Made by a program: the position numbers and the translations under genes
In this document: in pieces, positions 36,973-47,147 of the stretch
Layout: each line of letters opens with the position of its first letter
How positions within the stretch are numbered: position 1 is the stretch's first letter
The notes under the pieces: model-generated
What the model was told of the DNA's origin: nothing
The model's database searches: none
The model's input: the letters and a program-made list of their open reading frames with translations, nothing else
Assembly (NCBI GenBank): GCA_035541435.1
Contig: DATKNL010000002.1
Span: 3,962-67,961, forward strand
Source: Minisyncoccota bacterium
Lineage (GTDB): Bacteria; Patescibacteriota; Minisyncoccia; UBA6257; 2-01-FULL-56-20
Reading direction: 5' to 3'
Length of the DNA: 64,000 nucleotides

Positions 36973-38244
36973 CTATTCGATCCCGTCGTATTCGCGGACC
37001 GTGAGCTGGGAATCGATCTGCCGCATCGTCTCGAGGGCGACGGCGACCACGATGAGGAGCGCGGTGCCGCTGATCGTGACGACCGCGATGCCCGTGAGCG
37101 CCTGAACGATGAGCGGGAGGACGGCGATGATGCCGAGGAAGGCGGCGCCGAAGAGCGTGATGCGGTTCACGATGCTGCCGAAAAACTTTTCGGTGCTCTC
37201 ACCGGGACGGATGCCGGGCACGAATCCCCCGCTCCGCTGGAGGTTCTTCGCGACCTCCTCGGGGTTGAACGTGATCGCGGTATAGAAATAGGTGAAGGCG
37301 AACACGAGCAGGAAGTAAACGACGCCGTAATAGAGGTGGTTGTTCACGAACGCCTGCGCGAAGCCGTTCACCTTGAGCGCCCAGGTCGTCGAGAAGATCG
37401 TGAGCAGCTGCGCCAGGAACTGAGGCAGCAGAAGGACCGAGATCGCGAAAATGAGCGGGATCATGCCCGCCTGGTTCACCTTGAGCGGCAGGTAGCTCTG
37501 CGCCCCGCCGAACATCTTGTTGCCGCGCACGCGGCGCGCGTAGGCGACCGGGATCTTGCGCTCCCCTTCGTTCAGATAGACGATGCCCGCGATGAGCAGC
37601 AAACCAACGATGATAAAGCCGGCATAAGCCGTGAGCTGCGACGGCGTATAGGCGACGAGTGCCGTGCCGACCGCCGACGGCAGGCGGCTGATGATGCCCG
37701 CCATGATGATGAGCGAGATGCCGTTGCCGATCTTCTGCTCGGTGATGAGCTCGCCGAGCCATAGGGCGATCATCGATCCGCAGGTGATCACGATGATGTT
37801 CGTCGCCAGGTGGAACGGGTCGGGCCGCGGGATGACGTTCTGCGAGATGAGGAGCGTGAGGAAGCCATAGGCCTGGACCATCGCGAGCGGCACCGTGAGG
37901 AGCCGCGCGTACTGGTTGAACTTGGCCTGACCGCGGGCGCCGTCCTCGTAATACATCTCCTTCATGCTCGGAAAGATGATCGTCATGAGCTGCATGATGA
38001 TCGTCGCCGTGATATAGGGACCGACGCCGAGCATCACGACCGAAAGCGTGACGAGGCCGCCGCCCGAGAAGAAGTTGAGGAAGCCGAGCAGCTGGTTGGA
38101 ATTGAAATAGTTCTGCAGGGCCGCGGCGTTGATGCCCGGGATCGGGATCGCGGCGAGCACGCGGAAGGCGACGAGAAGCACGGCCACGATCAGGACCTTC
38201 TTGCGGAGTTCGGGCACCCTGAATATCTGAAGGAATCGTTCCAT
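36973..38244 (-). CDS. secY: Preprotein translocase subunit SecY
   Basis: 10 TM; conserved SecY segments (GISLIIMAGI, plug region). Confidence 0.9.
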   Translation of the reverse strand: MERFLQIFRVPELRKKVLIVAVLLVAFRVLAAIPIPGINAAALQNYFNSNQLLGFLNFFSGGGLVTLSVVMLGVGPYITATIIMQLMTIIFPSMKEMYYEDGARGQAKFNQYARLLTVPLAMVQAYGFLTLLISQNVIPRPDPFHLATNIIVITCGSMIALWLGELITEQKIGNGISLIIMAGIISRLPSAVGTALVAYTPSQLTAYAGFIIVGLLLIAGIVYLNEGERKIPVAYARRVRGNKMFGGAQSYLPLKVNQAGMIPLIFAISVLLLPQFLAQLLTIFSTTWALKVNGFAQAFVNNHLYYGVVYFLLVFAFTYFYTAITFNPEEVAKNLQRSGGFVPGIRPGESTEKFFGSIVNRITLFGAAFLGIIAVLPLIVQALTGIAVVTISGTALLIVVAVALETMRQIDSQLTVREYDGIE

Positions 38245-38253
38245 AAGTGGCGG

Positions 38254-38691
38254 CTAGGTGACGCTGCCTCCGGCCTTTTGGATCTTCGCCTTGGCGCTTT
38301 CCGAAACCTTGAGCCCGGCGACGGCGATCGGGAACGCGATATCGCCGGTGCCGAGCACCTTCACGATGCCGCGGAAGTTCTTATGCAGCAGGCCCGCCTC
38401 GCGCAGAAGCTCGTGGTTCACCGCAAGGGGCGCCGGGCCCTTCGCGCGCGACTGCAGCCGTGCGGCAAGCAGGTTCAGGTTCAACACGTGCTCGTTGATG
38501 TCCTTCTGCTTGTTACGGAAGCCGCGCATCTTCGGCAGGCGGATGATGAGGTCGCGCTCCGCGGGGCGGATGCGGTGGCCCGAGCGGGACTTCTGTCCCT
38601 TCACGCCGCGGCCCGAATAGCTGCCGCGCTTGCCGCTGCGGCCGATGCGCTGGGTCTTCTTCTGGATTGAGGGAAGCTGATGGACGTGCAT
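38254..38691 (-). CDS. rplO: 50S ribosomal protein L15
   Basis: RIGRSGKRGSYSGRGVKGQKSRSG. Confidence 0.85.
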   Translation of the reverse strand: MHVHQLPSIQKKTQRIGRSGKRGSYSGRGVKGQKSRSGHRIRPAERDLIIRLPKMRGFRNKQKDINEHVLNLNLLAARLQSRAKGPAPLAVNHELLREAGLLHKNFRGIVKVLGTGDIAFPIAVAGLKVSESAKAKIQKAGGSVT

Positions 38692-38698
38692 GGTGGTG

Positions 38699-39181
38699 TT
38701 AGGCTTTGAGCTTGCGGAGCGCCTCGAGCGTGGCCATCGCGTTCGTGAGCTTGTTCGGCGTGCGGCCGAGGATCTTCGCCGTGGCGTCCTTCACGCCCGC
38801 GAAGGCGAGAACGAAGCGGACGCTGCCGCCGGCGCGCAGGCCGTGGCCCTTGCTCGCAGGCTTGAGGAGCACCTTGGCGGCGCTGTATTTCGCAAGGACC
38901 TCGTGGGCGATCGTGCGCTGGTCCTTGAGGCTGATCGTGAGCATGTTCTTCCTGGCCTCGGTCTTCGCCTTGGCGACGGCCTGCTGGACGTCGAGGCCCT
39001 TCGCGACGCCGATGCCGACGCGGCCCTTCTCGTCGCCGAGGACGAGGGTCGCGCGGAACCTGAAGCGCTTGCCGCCGGCAACGACGCGCGTCACGCGCCG
39101 CATGTCGAGCACGCGCTCGCGGAATTCGCTCTTGACCGGCACGGCGCTATCGCGCCGCCTCTGGAATGTGGGTGCTGGCAT
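38699..39181 (-). CDS. rpsE: 30S ribosomal protein S5
   Basis: RVTRVVAGGKRFRFRATLVLGD. Confidence 0.9.
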   Translation of the reverse strand: MPAPTFQRRRDSAVPVKSEFRERVLDMRRVTRVVAGGKRFRFRATLVLGDEKGRVGIGVAKGLDVQQAVAKAKTEARKNMLTISLKDQRTIAHEVLAKYSAAKVLLKPASKGHGLRAGGSVRFVLAFAGVKDATAKILGRTPNKLTNAMATLEALRKLKA

Positions 39182-39185
39182 GGTG

Positions 39186-39587
39186 TTAGATGGTAAGTCC
39201 CGCTTTCTTCGCGCCTTCGGCGAACTGTTTCACCCGACCGTGAAACTTGTACGATCCGCGGTCGAAGACCGCCTTCGTGATCCCCTTCTCGGTAGCCTTG
39301 CGGCCGAGCACCTCGCCCACCGTGAACGCCTCGTCGGCCTTCTTCGCTTTGGCCTTGGCCTTCGCCGCTGCGGCTGCCGATTTCGCGGCCGCGCCGGCGG
39401 TCTTCGCCGCCGAGCTCGAAACCGAGACGATCGTGACGCCCTTCATGTCGTCGATCAGCTGCGCATAAAAATGGCGGTTGCTGCGGAACACCGCGAGGCG
39501 GGGCCGTTCGGCCGTCCCCTCGATGGCTGCGCGGGTGCGCGCGCCGCGGCGGATCCTCTTTTCGTTGAGCTTCTTCCTTGGGTTCAT
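39186..39587 (-). CDS. rplR: 50S ribosomal protein L18
   Basis: RPRLAVFRSNRHFYAQLIDD. Confidence 0.85.
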   Translation of the reverse strand: MNPRKKLNEKRIRRGARTRAAIEGTAERPRLAVFRSNRHFYAQLIDDMKGVTIVSVSSSAAKTAGAAAKSAAAAAKAKAKAKKADEAFTVGEVLGRKATEKGITKAVFDRGSYKFHGRVKQFAEGAKKAGLTI

Positions 39588-39597
39588 GATGGTGATG

Positions 39598-40152
39598 TTA
39601 CGACGCCGTCGCTCCGGCTTTCTTGCCGACCTTGCGGCGGATCACTTCGCCCTGATAATGGATGCCCTTGCCCTTGTACGGTTCGGGCTTCTTGAGCGCC
39701 CGGATCTCGGCCGCAGCCTGCCCGACCGCTTCCTTGCTGATGCCCGTGATCTTGATCGTGTTCTTCTCGAGCGTGATCTCGACGCCCGCGGGAACCGGCA
39801 GCTTGACCGGCTGGGCATAGCCGAGATACAGGACGAGCGTCTTGCCTTCCATCACGGCGCGGTAGCCGACGCCCTCGATCTCGAGGACCTTCGTGAACCC
39901 GTCGGTCACGCCGGCGATCGCGTTCTTCGCAAGCGCATAGAACGTCCCCGCCATGGCGGTCGAGCCGTTGCCCTTCGCCGTCACATTCGCGTTCGTCCCT
40001 TCGACGGCGATGTCGACGTTGTGCGGGATCCTGACCGTGAGCGCGCCCTTCGGGCCCTTCACGGCAAGAACGTCGCCGTCCTTCGTGACGGTCGCTCCCT
40101 GCGCGATGATGATGGGTTTCTTGATGAGGCGGGACATGTTACCAGATTTCAA
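39598..40152 (-). CDS. rplF: 50S ribosomal protein L6
   Basis: MSRLIKKPI...VKGPKG; two-domain L6 fold. Confidence 0.9.
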   Translation of the reverse strand: MKSGNMSRLIKKPIIIAQGATVTKDGDVLAVKGPKGALTVRIPHNVDIAVEGTNANVTAKGNGSTAMAGTFYALAKNAIAGVTDGFTKVLEIEGVGYRAVMEGKTLVLYLGYAQPVKLPVPAGVEITLEKNTIKITGISKEAVGQAAAEIRALKKPEPYKGKGIHYQGEVIRRKVGKKAGATAS

Positions 40153-40511
40153 AAAGATATTCGCCGCCGATTTTCGCCTTGAGCGCCTGCTTGTCCGACA
40201 TGATGCCCTTCGAGGTCGAGAAGACGCCGATGCCGTGGCCCTGCTTCACCCGGCGGATGCTGCGGTAGTCGGCATAGAAATGGCGGCTCGGCTTGCTCAC
40301 GATCTTGAAATCGTTCAGGGCCTTGTCCTTCGCCGGAAGCTTCACGGCGATCACGGTGCGGCGGCCGACGGTCTCTTTTTCGGCGCTCTTCACATAGCCG
40401 CCGTCCGTCAGCACCTTGAGCACCGCGAAGTCCATTTTCGAGTACGGAAACGTCACCCGGTCTTTGCGGGCCCGCACGGCATTTTTGAGTTCTGAAAGGA
40501 TGTTGTAATAC
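40139..40511 (-). CDS. rpsH: 30S ribosomal protein S8
   Basis: Start at MYYNILSEL (ATG 40511); C-terminal GEYLFEIW. Confidence 0.85.
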
Positions 40512-40530
40512 ATGCTCGTGGTGATCGGGA

Positions 40531-40716
40531 TTACCAGGACGCCTTTTTCACGCCCGGGATCTGCTGGTTGGTCGCCATCTCGCGGAAGCAGATGCGGCAC
40601 AGGCCGAAATCGCGCATATAGCCGCGCTTGCGGCCGCAGCGGAAACAGCGGCGCACGGCGCGGGTCGAGTACTTCGGGCGCTTTTTCGATCGCGCGATGA
40701 CGGATGCTTTTGCCAT
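40531..40716 (-). CDS. rpsZ: 30S ribosomal protein S14 type Z (zinc-binding, 61 aa)
   Basis: [20 protein letters not shown]. Confidence 0.85.
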   Translation of the reverse strand: MAKASVIARSKKRPKYSTRAVRRCFRCGRKRGYMRDFGLCRICFREMATNQQIPGVKKASW

Positions 40717-40717
40717 G

Positions 40718-41278
40718 TTATTTCCTCTTCTTCGGCGCCGCCCCCTTCTTCATCGGGACGCCGAACTTCGCGAACGCGGCGACCGCCGCATCGTGGTTCT
40801 TCTTCTTGGGAACGATGCTCACGCCGATCGAGAACGAAACGGGCGACTGTTCGGGCGTGATTTCGGGGAACACCTGATGCTCTCTGATGCCGACGTTCAG
40901 CGTGCCGCCCTGGTCGATGGCGGATTGGTTCAGGCCGTTAAAGTCGCGCACACGGGGCAATACTATTGTAATCAGACGCTCGAAAAAATCAACCATTTTG
41001 TCGCGGCGAAGGGTCGTCCGCAGGCCGACGATCTGGCCTTCGCGGAGCTTGAAGCCCGCGATGGACTTCTTCGCGCGGCGGAGCTGCGGCTTCTGGCCGG
41101 CGATGTCGGCGAGGTCGCGCTCGACCTGGACGAGCGTCTTGTCCTCGAAGTTCGGCGTCTGGCCGAGACGGCCGACACCCGCGTCGATCACGATCTTCTC
41201 GAGGAAGGCCCTGATCTCCTTGCGCTGGTTCTGTTGTTCGGTGTTCGTAGCCATGGTGGTTAGATGGTCGCCTTGCAT
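40718..41278 (-). CDS. rplE: 50S ribosomal protein L5
   Basis: Length 186 aa, conserved L5 core. Confidence 0.9.
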   Translation of the reverse strand: MQGDHLTTMATNTEQQNQRKEIRAFLEKIVIDAGVGRLGQTPNFEDKTLVQVERDLADIAGQKPQLRRAKKSIAGFKLREGQIVGLRTTLRRDKMVDFFERLITIVLPRVRDFNGLNQSAIDQGGTLNVGIREHQVFPEITPEQSPVSFSIGVSIVPKKKNHDAAVAAFAKFGVPMKKGAAPKKRK

Positions 41279-41568
41279 TTCTTGCAGAAACGGACCTTGG
41301 TCCCCTTCCCCTCGATGCGATAGCCGATCCGGGTCGGCTGCTTGCAGCTCGCGCAGACGAGCTGCACCTTCGAGACGGGCATCGGGCGGGCGACGTTGAC
41401 GATCTGGCCGGTTTCTCCCTGGCGGCGGGGGCGCGAACGCTTCTTGAAGAGGTTCAGCCCCTCGACGACGATCCTGTCCTCGATCGGGTATGCCAAAAGC
41501 ACGGTCCCGGTCTTGCCCCGGTCCTTTCCCGACATGATCTTCACATGATCGCCCTTCTTAATCTTCAT
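41260..41568 (-). CDS. rplX: 50S ribosomal protein L24
   Basis: MKIKKGDHVKIMSGKDRGKTG KOW motif. Confidence 0.85.
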   Translation of the reverse strand: MKIKKGDHVKIMSGKDRGKTGTVLLAYPIEDRIVVEGLNLFKKRSRPRRQGETGQIVNVARPMPVSKVQLVCASCKQPTRIGYRIEGKGTKVRFCKKCKATI

Positions 41569-41614
41569 GGTTTTGATATTCGTACATTCGTAAAAATTCG
41601 TTCGTTCGCGAACA

Positions 41615-41983
41615 TTAGACGATTTCCTCGGCCATCGTCATGAGCTTCTCATAGCCCTTCTCCTTGAGCTCGCGAGGCAGGGGGCCGAAGATGCGGGTTG
41701 CGACCGGCTCTTTTTTCGCGTCGATGAGGACGACGGCGTTCTCGTCGAAGCGGACGTACGATCCGTCCTTGCGGCGCATCGCGTTCCTCGTGCGGACGAC
41801 GAGCACCTTCACGACGTCCTTCTTCTTGACGCTCTTGCGGGGCTCAGCCGACTGCACCGAGGCGACCACGATGTCGCCGATGTTCGCATAGCGGTGGCGG
41901 GTGCCGCCGAGGATGCGGAAGCACCGCACGACTTTGGCGCCGCTGTTGTCCGCTACCTTGAGGATGGAACGTTCCTGGATCAT
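41615..41983 (-). CDS. rplN: 50S ribosomal protein L14
   Basis: [17 protein letters not shown]. Confidence 0.9.
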   Translation of the reverse strand: MIQERSILKVADNSGAKVVRCFRILGGTRHRYANIGDIVVASVQSAEPRKSVKKKDVVKVLVVRTRNAMRRKDGSYVRFDENAVVLIDAKKEPVATRIFGPLPRELKEKGYEKLMTMAEEIV

Positions 41984-41989
41984 GGCTCG

Positions 41990-42259
41990 TTATTTCGTGA
42001 CCTTGCCGACGATGCGCCAGCGCTTGTCCTTCGATATGGGGCGCGTCTCTTCGATCACGACCTTGTCGCCGGCCTTATACTCGTTGTTCTCGTCATGCGC
42101 CTTGAACTTCGCCGTGACGCGGTAATAGGTCACGTACTTCGGGTGCTTCTTGAGGCGCTCGACGGCAACGACGCGCGTCTTCTGCATGCGGTCAGAGACG
42201 ACGGTGCCGGTAAGCTTGCGGTGCCTGGGTTGGGATTGGATTGGGGTTGCCTTCTGCAT
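41990..42259 (-). CDS. rpsQ: 30S ribosomal protein S17
   Basis: [17 protein letters not shown]. Confidence 0.85.
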   Translation of the reverse strand: MQKATPIQSQPRHRKLTGTVVSDRMQKTRVVAVERLKKHPKYVTYYRVTAKFKAHDENNEYKAGDKVVIEETRPISKDKRWRIVGKVTK

Positions 42260-42267
42260 GGTCGTGG

Positions 42268-42462
42268 TTATGCCTTGGCTTTCAAAAACGTCTTTACGCG
42301 CGCGATCTTCTTCTTGAGCTCGCGGAGTTCCGCTACATTCTTCACTTTTCCGGCCGCAAGGTCAAACCGGAGCACGCGCAGCTTCTCTTTGCTCTCGCGC
42401 TCGAGGTTCGTGAGGTCGGCGGCCGAGCGGTTTTTGAGGTCCTGGATGTCTTTCTTCTTCAT
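42268..42462 (-). CDS. rpmC: 50S ribosomal protein L29
   Basis: 64 aa, L29-like coiled coil. Confidence 0.8.
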   Translation of the reverse strand: MKKKDIQDLKNRSAADLTNLERESKEKLRVLRFDLAAGKVKNVAELRELKKKIARVKTFLKAKA

Positions 42463-42471
42463 GGCTCGTGG

Positions 42472-42894
42472 TTAATGGGTGCCCATCTTCTCGATGATGC
42501 GACTCTTTACCGGAAGCTTGTAGGACGCGTGACGCAGGGCTTCTTTGGCTTTCCCGGCCTCGACGCCGTCGATTTCGAAAAGGATCCGTCCCGGCTTCAC
42601 CGGGAATACGAAATGGTCAACCGATCCCTTGCCGCCGCCGAGCGTCTTTTCAGGCGCCTGGAGCGTGATCGGCTTGTCGGGGAAGATCCGGATCCAGAGG
42701 CGCCCTTCGCGCTTGAGGAAGTTCGTGATCGTCTTGCGGGCGGCCTCGATCTGGCGCGAGTTGACCCACGCCGCCTCGAGCGACTTCAAGCCGAACTGGC
42801 CGTAGCTCAGCTCGAGCCCGCGCGTCTCAACGGTGCGCTTCTTCGAGCGCCCCTTCTGCCATTTGCGATGTTTTACTTTTTTAGGAAGCAGCAT
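42472..42894 (-). CDS. rplP: 50S ribosomal protein L16
   Basis: MLLPKKVKHRKWQKGR. Confidence 0.9.
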   Translation of the reverse strand: MLLPKKVKHRKWQKGRSKKRTVETRGLELSYGQFGLKSLEAAWVNSRQIEAARKTITNFLKREGRLWIRIFPDKPITLQAPEKTLGGGKGSVDHFVFPVKPGRILFEIDGVEAGKAKEALRHASYKLPVKSRIIEKMGTH

Positions 42895-42906
42895 GGTCGT
42901 GATGTC

Positions 42907-43677
42907 TTATTGGCGGGGTGCGGTGCGCGGCGCCTTATCGTCGCGGCCATAGGGCGGACGGGGTCCCCGCATGTCGCGGCGGCCGGCGAAGCGGCTGTCT
43001 TCGCGCTCCTGGGCGGCGCGGTCCTTGGCGAAAATCTCTCCTTTATAGACCCACACGCGGATGCCGATCGTGCCATAGCTCGTCTTCGCGGTCACGCGGC
43101 CATAGTCGATGTCGGCGCGGAGCGTCTGCAGCGGGAGCGAGCCCCGCGACAGCCATTCGCGGCGCGCGATCTCCTTGCCGTCGAGGCGGCCCGACAGGAA
43201 CACCTTCACGCCCTTCACGTCCTTGTTCTGCTGCACCTGCTCCACGTATTTCTTCATCGTGCGGCGGAACGGCATGCGGCGCTCAAGGTCCCATGCGATC
43301 TGCTGGGCGACATAGCGGGCCGAAACTTCGGAACGCTTGAGTTCCTCGACGTTGAGGCTGAGCGCAACCTTGTTGCGGTTGCCGCGGACCTTCTGCAGCG
43401 CCGTGACGACGGCCTTCTGCAGGTCCTCCATCCCCTTGCCACCACGGCCGATCACGAGGCCCGGACGGGCCGCCTTGATATAGACGCGAAGGTTGCCCTG
43501 CGTGCGCTCGATCTGGACCTCGGAAATGCCGGCCTGGGCGATCTTCTGGTCGATCGTCGCGCGGATGGCCTCGTCCTCTTCCAGGAACTGCTTGTAGCCG
43601 GCCTTAAGGAACCAGCGAACCGGCCAGTCCTTCGTCACCCCGAGGCGGTATGAATTTGGATTGATCTTCTGTCCCAT
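42907..43677 (-). CDS. rpsC: 30S ribosomal protein S3 (with RG-rich C-terminal tail)
   Basis: MGQKINPNSYRLGVTKDW; KH domain. Confidence 0.9.
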   Translation of the reverse strand: MGQKINPNSYRLGVTKDWPVRWFLKAGYKQFLEEDEAIRATIDQKIAQAGISEVQIERTQGNLRVYIKAARPGLVIGRGGKGMEDLQKAVVTALQKVRGNRNKVALSLNVEELKRSEVSARYVAQQIAWDLERRMPFRRTMKKYVEQVQQNKDVKGVKVFLSGRLDGKEIARREWLSRGSLPLQTLRADIDYGRVTAKTSYGTIGIRVWVYKGEIFAKDRAAQEREDSRFAGRRDMRGPRPPYGRDDKAPRTAPRQ

Positions 43678-43683
43678 GGCGTG

Positions 43684-44199
43684 TTAGATATTGCCCGACT
43701 TGCGGCGCGTGAACGTGCGCTTCCAGAATCCGGGCTTCTGCGGCCTCGAGTCCTTCTCGGTGCCGGTATCGGGCGTGTGCTTGTCCTTGATCTTCTTCGT
43801 GTCGGTCACGGGCGGCAGCTTCGTCTTCTTCGGCGCCACGATCGTGAACTTCGGCTTGAGCGCCTCATTCACGCCGAGCGTGATCGTCACGTGGCTCATC
43901 TTCTTCTCGATCGGCGATGCCGAACCGCGGGCGCGGGGCAGGATGCGCTTCAGCATCGGCCCGCCATCGACGCGGACGTTCTGTACGAAAAGATGGTCGG
44001 CATTGAGCTTCTTGTTGGTTTTAGCATTCGCGACGGCCGAGCGCAAGAGCTTCAGGAGCGCTTTTGCGGGCCGGCGGCGCTGGGTGATGAGCTGCGCCTC
44101 GGCCTCGTTCACCGGCATGCCCTTCACGAGGTCGCCAACGCTGCGCACCTTGCGGGGTGCCATGCGGAGATAGCGGAGGGTTGCGGTTTGCTGTTCCAT
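43684..44199 (-). CDS. rplV: 50S ribosomal protein L22 (C-terminally extended)
   Basis: TATLRYLRMAPRKVRSV. Confidence 0.85.
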   Translation of the reverse strand: MEQQTATLRYLRMAPRKVRSVGDLVKGMPVNEAEAQLITQRRRPAKALLKLLRSAVANAKTNKKLNADHLFVQNVRVDGGPMLKRILPRARGSASPIEKKMSHVTITLGVNEALKPKFTIVAPKKTKLPPVTDTKKIKDKHTPDTGTEKDSRPQKPGFWKRTFTRRKSGNI

Positions 44200-44205
44200 G
44201 GTTCG

Positions 44206-44529
44206 TTATTTCTTGGCTGCCTGCGATGCGGCCTTTCCGGCCTCGGCGGCCTTGAGCTCGAGCTCTTTCTGCATCTTGCCGCCGTGACGGGTGAACTTGC
44301 GCGTGGGCGAGAACTCGCCGAGGCGATGCCCCACCATCTCTTCGGTCACGCGGACCTCGATGAAGGCCCGGCCGTTGTGCACGCCGAACACGTGGCCCAC
44401 CATTTCGGGGGCGATCTCCGAGGCGCGCGACCAGGTCTTGATGACCGTACCGCTTCCCGCCTTGGCGGCGGCCACCTTCTTCAGCAGCTTCGGATCGACG
44501 AACGGTCCTTTTTTGAGGCTTCGGCTCAT
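44206..44529 (-). CDS. rpsS: 30S ribosomal protein S19
   Basis: [18 protein letters not shown]; start at internal ATG 44529. Confidence 0.9.
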   Translation of the reverse strand: MSRSLKKGPFVDPKLLKKVAAAKAGSGTVIKTWSRASEIAPEMVGHVFGVHNGRAFIEVRVTEEMVGHRLGEFSPTRKFTRHGGKMQKELELKAAEAGKAASQAAKK

Positions 44530-44549
44530 GGTTTCGTTATATGGATAGG

Positions 44550-45392
44550 TTAGTTCGTTCCGCGGGCGTTCTTGCGGCGCTTCACGATGAATTTGCTCGA
44601 CTTCTTCTTCGGGTTGCGGGTCTTGTGGCCGCCGGTCACCTTGCCCCACATCGTCTTCGGCTTGCGGGTGCCGCGAGGCTGCGCGCCTTCGCCGCCGCCG
44701 TACGGATGGTCAACCGGGTTCATGGCACTGCCGCGGACCGTCGGACGGATGCCGAGCCAGCGCGAGCGTCCCGCCTTGCCGATCGAGATGAGGCTCCATT
44801 CGGCGTTCGAGACCTGGCCGAGCGAGGCGAGGCACGTCCACTGGACGCGGCGCACTTCGCCGGAGTTGAGCTTGAGGTCGGTATAGCCGTCGGCGTTCGC
44901 AAGAACTTCGGCATAGGAACCCGCCGAACGCGCGAGCTGTCCGCCGCGGCCCGGCGTCATCTCGACGTTATAGACCTGATAGCCGACCGGGATGTTCTTG
45001 AGGCTCATGCGGTTGCCCGGCTTGAAGGGCGTCGTTTCGGCGACCGCGATCTCGGTGCCGACCGCGAGGCCTTCGGGAGCGAGGATGTAGCTGCGGCTGC
45101 CGTCGGCATTCTTCACGCGCGCGATGAACGCCGTGCGATACGGGTCATATTCGATCGTCTCGACAAGCTGCTTCGCGTTCATGACGTTCTGCCTGAAATC
45201 AACCATGCGGTACAGCTTCTTGTTGCCGCCGCCCTGGTGTCGCGTCGTGATGCGGCCTTGCGAGTTGCGGCCGGCGCGCGACTTGAGGCGCTTGAGGAGC
45301 GGCTTGTACGGGCGTGCGCCTTTCGTAAGCACGCTGTAGTCGGTCCCGGTCATGTTGCGCCGCGAGGCGCTTGTGGGCTTGTAGGTCTTCAT
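44550..45392 (-). CDS. rplB: 50S ribosomal protein L2
   Basis: [24 protein letters not shown]. Confidence 0.9.
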   Translation of the reverse strand: MKTYKPTSASRRNMTGTDYSVLTKGARPYKPLLKRLKSRAGRNSQGRITTRHQGGGNKKLYRMVDFRQNVMNAKQLVETIEYDPYRTAFIARVKNADGSRSYILAPEGLAVGTEIAVAETTPFKPGNRMSLKNIPVGYQVYNVEMTPGRGGQLARSAGSYAEVLANADGYTDLKLNSGEVRRVQWTCLASLGQVSNAEWSLISIGKAGRSRWLGIRPTVRGSAMNPVDHPYGGGEGAQPRGTRKPKTMWGKVTGGHKTRNPKKKSSKFIVKRRKNARGTN

Positions 45393-45398
45393 GGCTCG

Positions 45399-45674
45399 TT
45401 ATACGAGGTCGATTTTCTGGCCTTCCTTCAAGGTCACGATCGCCTTGCGATAGCCTTCCTGGACGCCGCGGCGGTTCATGTAGCGCTTGCTCTTCGCCGG
45501 GCGGTTCACGACGTTAACGTCGGTGACGTCCACCTTATAAATGTCCCGGATCGCCTTCTTGATTTCGGGCTTCGAGGCTTTCTCGCGCACGAGGAACACG
45601 TATTTGCGGTCGGCACCCATGAGGGCCGCCTTCTCGGTGATCCACGGCTTCTTGATGATGAATTGGTCGGTCAT
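45399..45674 (-). CDS. rplW: 50S ribosomal protein L23
   Basis: 91 aa L23-like. Confidence 0.85.
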   Translation of the reverse strand: MTDQFIIKKPWITEKAALMGADRKYVFLVREKASKPEIKKAIRDIYKVDVTDVNVVNRPAKSKRYMNRRGVQEGYRKAIVTLKEGQKIDLV

Positions 45675-45683
45675 GGCTCGTTA

Positions 45684-46322
45684 TTAGTAGTGCTTTTCGA
45701 TGGTGGCGACCGACGACTTCTCGATAAAGAGGTTCTTATGATTCAAAACATCGAACACGTTGAGGGACATCGCGTCGATGGCCTTCGCCTTCTGCAGGTT
45801 GGACGAGGCGCGGAAGAGGTTCTTGTTGTCCTTGCTCGAAACGAGGAGCACGTCATAGCGCTTCGCGCGCTTCTGCATCGCGAGCGCCGTGCCGAGCGAC
45901 GAGGCGAGCACCTTGGTCTTCGGAGCCTCGATCGCGAACGAGTCGAACACCTTGAGCTCGCCGTCCTTCGCCTTGCGCGAAAGCGCGACGAACAGCGCGA
46001 GGCGCTTCATCTTCTTGTTGACCTTCTGCGAATAGTCCTTGTCGTTGCGCGGACCGTGGGCCTTGCCGCCATGGACCCAGATCGGCGACCGGGTGGAGCC
46101 GTGGCGCGCGCGGCCGGTCCCCTTCTGACGCCAAGGCTTTTTGCCGCCGCCGCTCACCTCGCTGCGGTCGCGCACGTGCGCCCACGGACGCCGGGCATTC
46201 GCAGCCTGGGCGTCGAGCACCTGCTTCACGAGCGTCGAGTTCCAACGCGCGCCGAAGACGGCCTCGGGCAGATCAACCGTGCCAACCACTTCGTTTTTCA
46301 GATTGTAGACGTCGGTCTTCAT
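45684..46322 (-). CDS. rplD: 50S ribosomal protein L4
   Basis: GGGKKPWRQKGTGRARHGS. Confidence 0.85.
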   Translation of the reverse strand: MKTDVYNLKNEVVGTVDLPEAVFGARWNSTLVKQVLDAQAANARRPWAHVRDRSEVSGGGKKPWRQKGTGRARHGSTRSPIWVHGGKAHGPRNDKDYSQKVNKKMKRLALFVALSRKAKDGELKVFDSFAIEAPKTKVLASSLGTALAMQKRAKRYDVLLVSSKDNKNLFRASSNLQKAKAIDAMSLNVFDVLNHKNLFIEKSSVATIEKHY

Positions 46323-46327
46323 GGTCG

Positions 46328-46909
46328 TTATTTGTCGGACTTCGCCGGCCTGCCGGTCGCGATTTCCAAAAAGCCGCCGCGGGCGCCCGGCACCGCGCCG
46401 CGGAGATAGAGCAGGTTCTTGTCCTTGTCGACGGCCGCGACGACCAGGTTCTTGATCGTCACGCGCTCGACGCCCATATGGCCGGCCATGCGGCGGCCCG
46501 GAACGACGCGCTGGAATGCGGTCGAGCCGATGGAGCCCGGCGCGCGATGGCGGTTCTTCTGACCGTGGGTCTTGGGACCGCCGCCGAAGCCGTGACGCTT
46601 GACGACGCCCTGGAAGCCGCGGCCCTTCGTGAGACCCGAGACGCGGACCTTGTCGCCCTCTTTGAACGACTCGACGGTGACGTCGGCGCCGACTTCGAGC
46701 GCGGCCATGTCGACCGGCTGGATCGCGCGGTTGCGAAATTCGCGCTTGGTCTTGCCCATCGCCACCTGGACGGCCTCATAGCCGTCCCGCTCGTTCGTGC
46801 GGAGCATGGCAACCTTGTTCGGTTCGGCCTTGACGACCGTAACCGGGACGACTTTGCCGTCCTTCCACATCTGCGTCATATTGAGTTTTTTGCCTAAGAT
46901 GAAGGCCAT
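46328..46909 (-). CDS. rplC: 50S ribosomal protein L3
   Basis: MAFILGKKLNMTQ start at 46909; GKTKREFRN, GHMGVERVT. Confidence 0.9.
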   Translation of the reverse strand: MAFILGKKLNMTQMWKDGKVVPVTVVKAEPNKVAMLRTNERDGYEAVQVAMGKTKREFRNRAIQPVDMAALEVGADVTVESFKEGDKVRVSGLTKGRGFQGVVKRHGFGGGPKTHGQKNRHRAPGSIGSTAFQRVVPGRRMAGHMGVERVTIKNLVVAAVDKDKNLLYLRGAVPGARGGFLEIATGRPAKSDK

Positions 46910-46947
46910 AGTCTTGATCGTTCCCCCTGCCCGAGGGAAATCCAGAA

Positions 46948-46975
46948 ATTGAAATTTGATAAAAATACCGGGGCT
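46948..46975 (-). promoter_or_regulatory. Terminator-like hairpin + U-tract inside the rplC operon leader (candidate attenuator)
   Basis: ACCGGGGAUCGAGCCCCGGU + AUUUUUAUC about 40 nt upstream of rplC ATG, downstream of a strong promoter. Confidence 0.45.
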
Positions 46976-47106
46976 CGATCCCCGGTGCGTCACGCGAAAA
47001 ACCCTCCAAGAACGGCCCTTTCAGGAAGAGCCAGGTTCATAAGAAAACGATGCCGCTTTCTTGATGAGGATTGTTCGCATAAAGCTCCGAGGAAACCTTA
47101 GGGACG

Positions 47107-47134
47107 AGTATAGCAGAACGGGGCGAAGTGTCAA
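47107..47134 (-). promoter_or_regulatory. Strong sigma70 promoter TTGACA-N16-TATACT for the rplC...secY operon
   Basis: Seen directly on minus strand. Confidence 0.6.
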
Positions 47135-47147
47135 CCGTGAGGCGCGG

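Noticed and set aside
44541-46409. 622-aa plus-strand ORF
   Set aside because: Antisense across rplB-rplW-rplD, which are unambiguous ribosomal proteins on the minus strand
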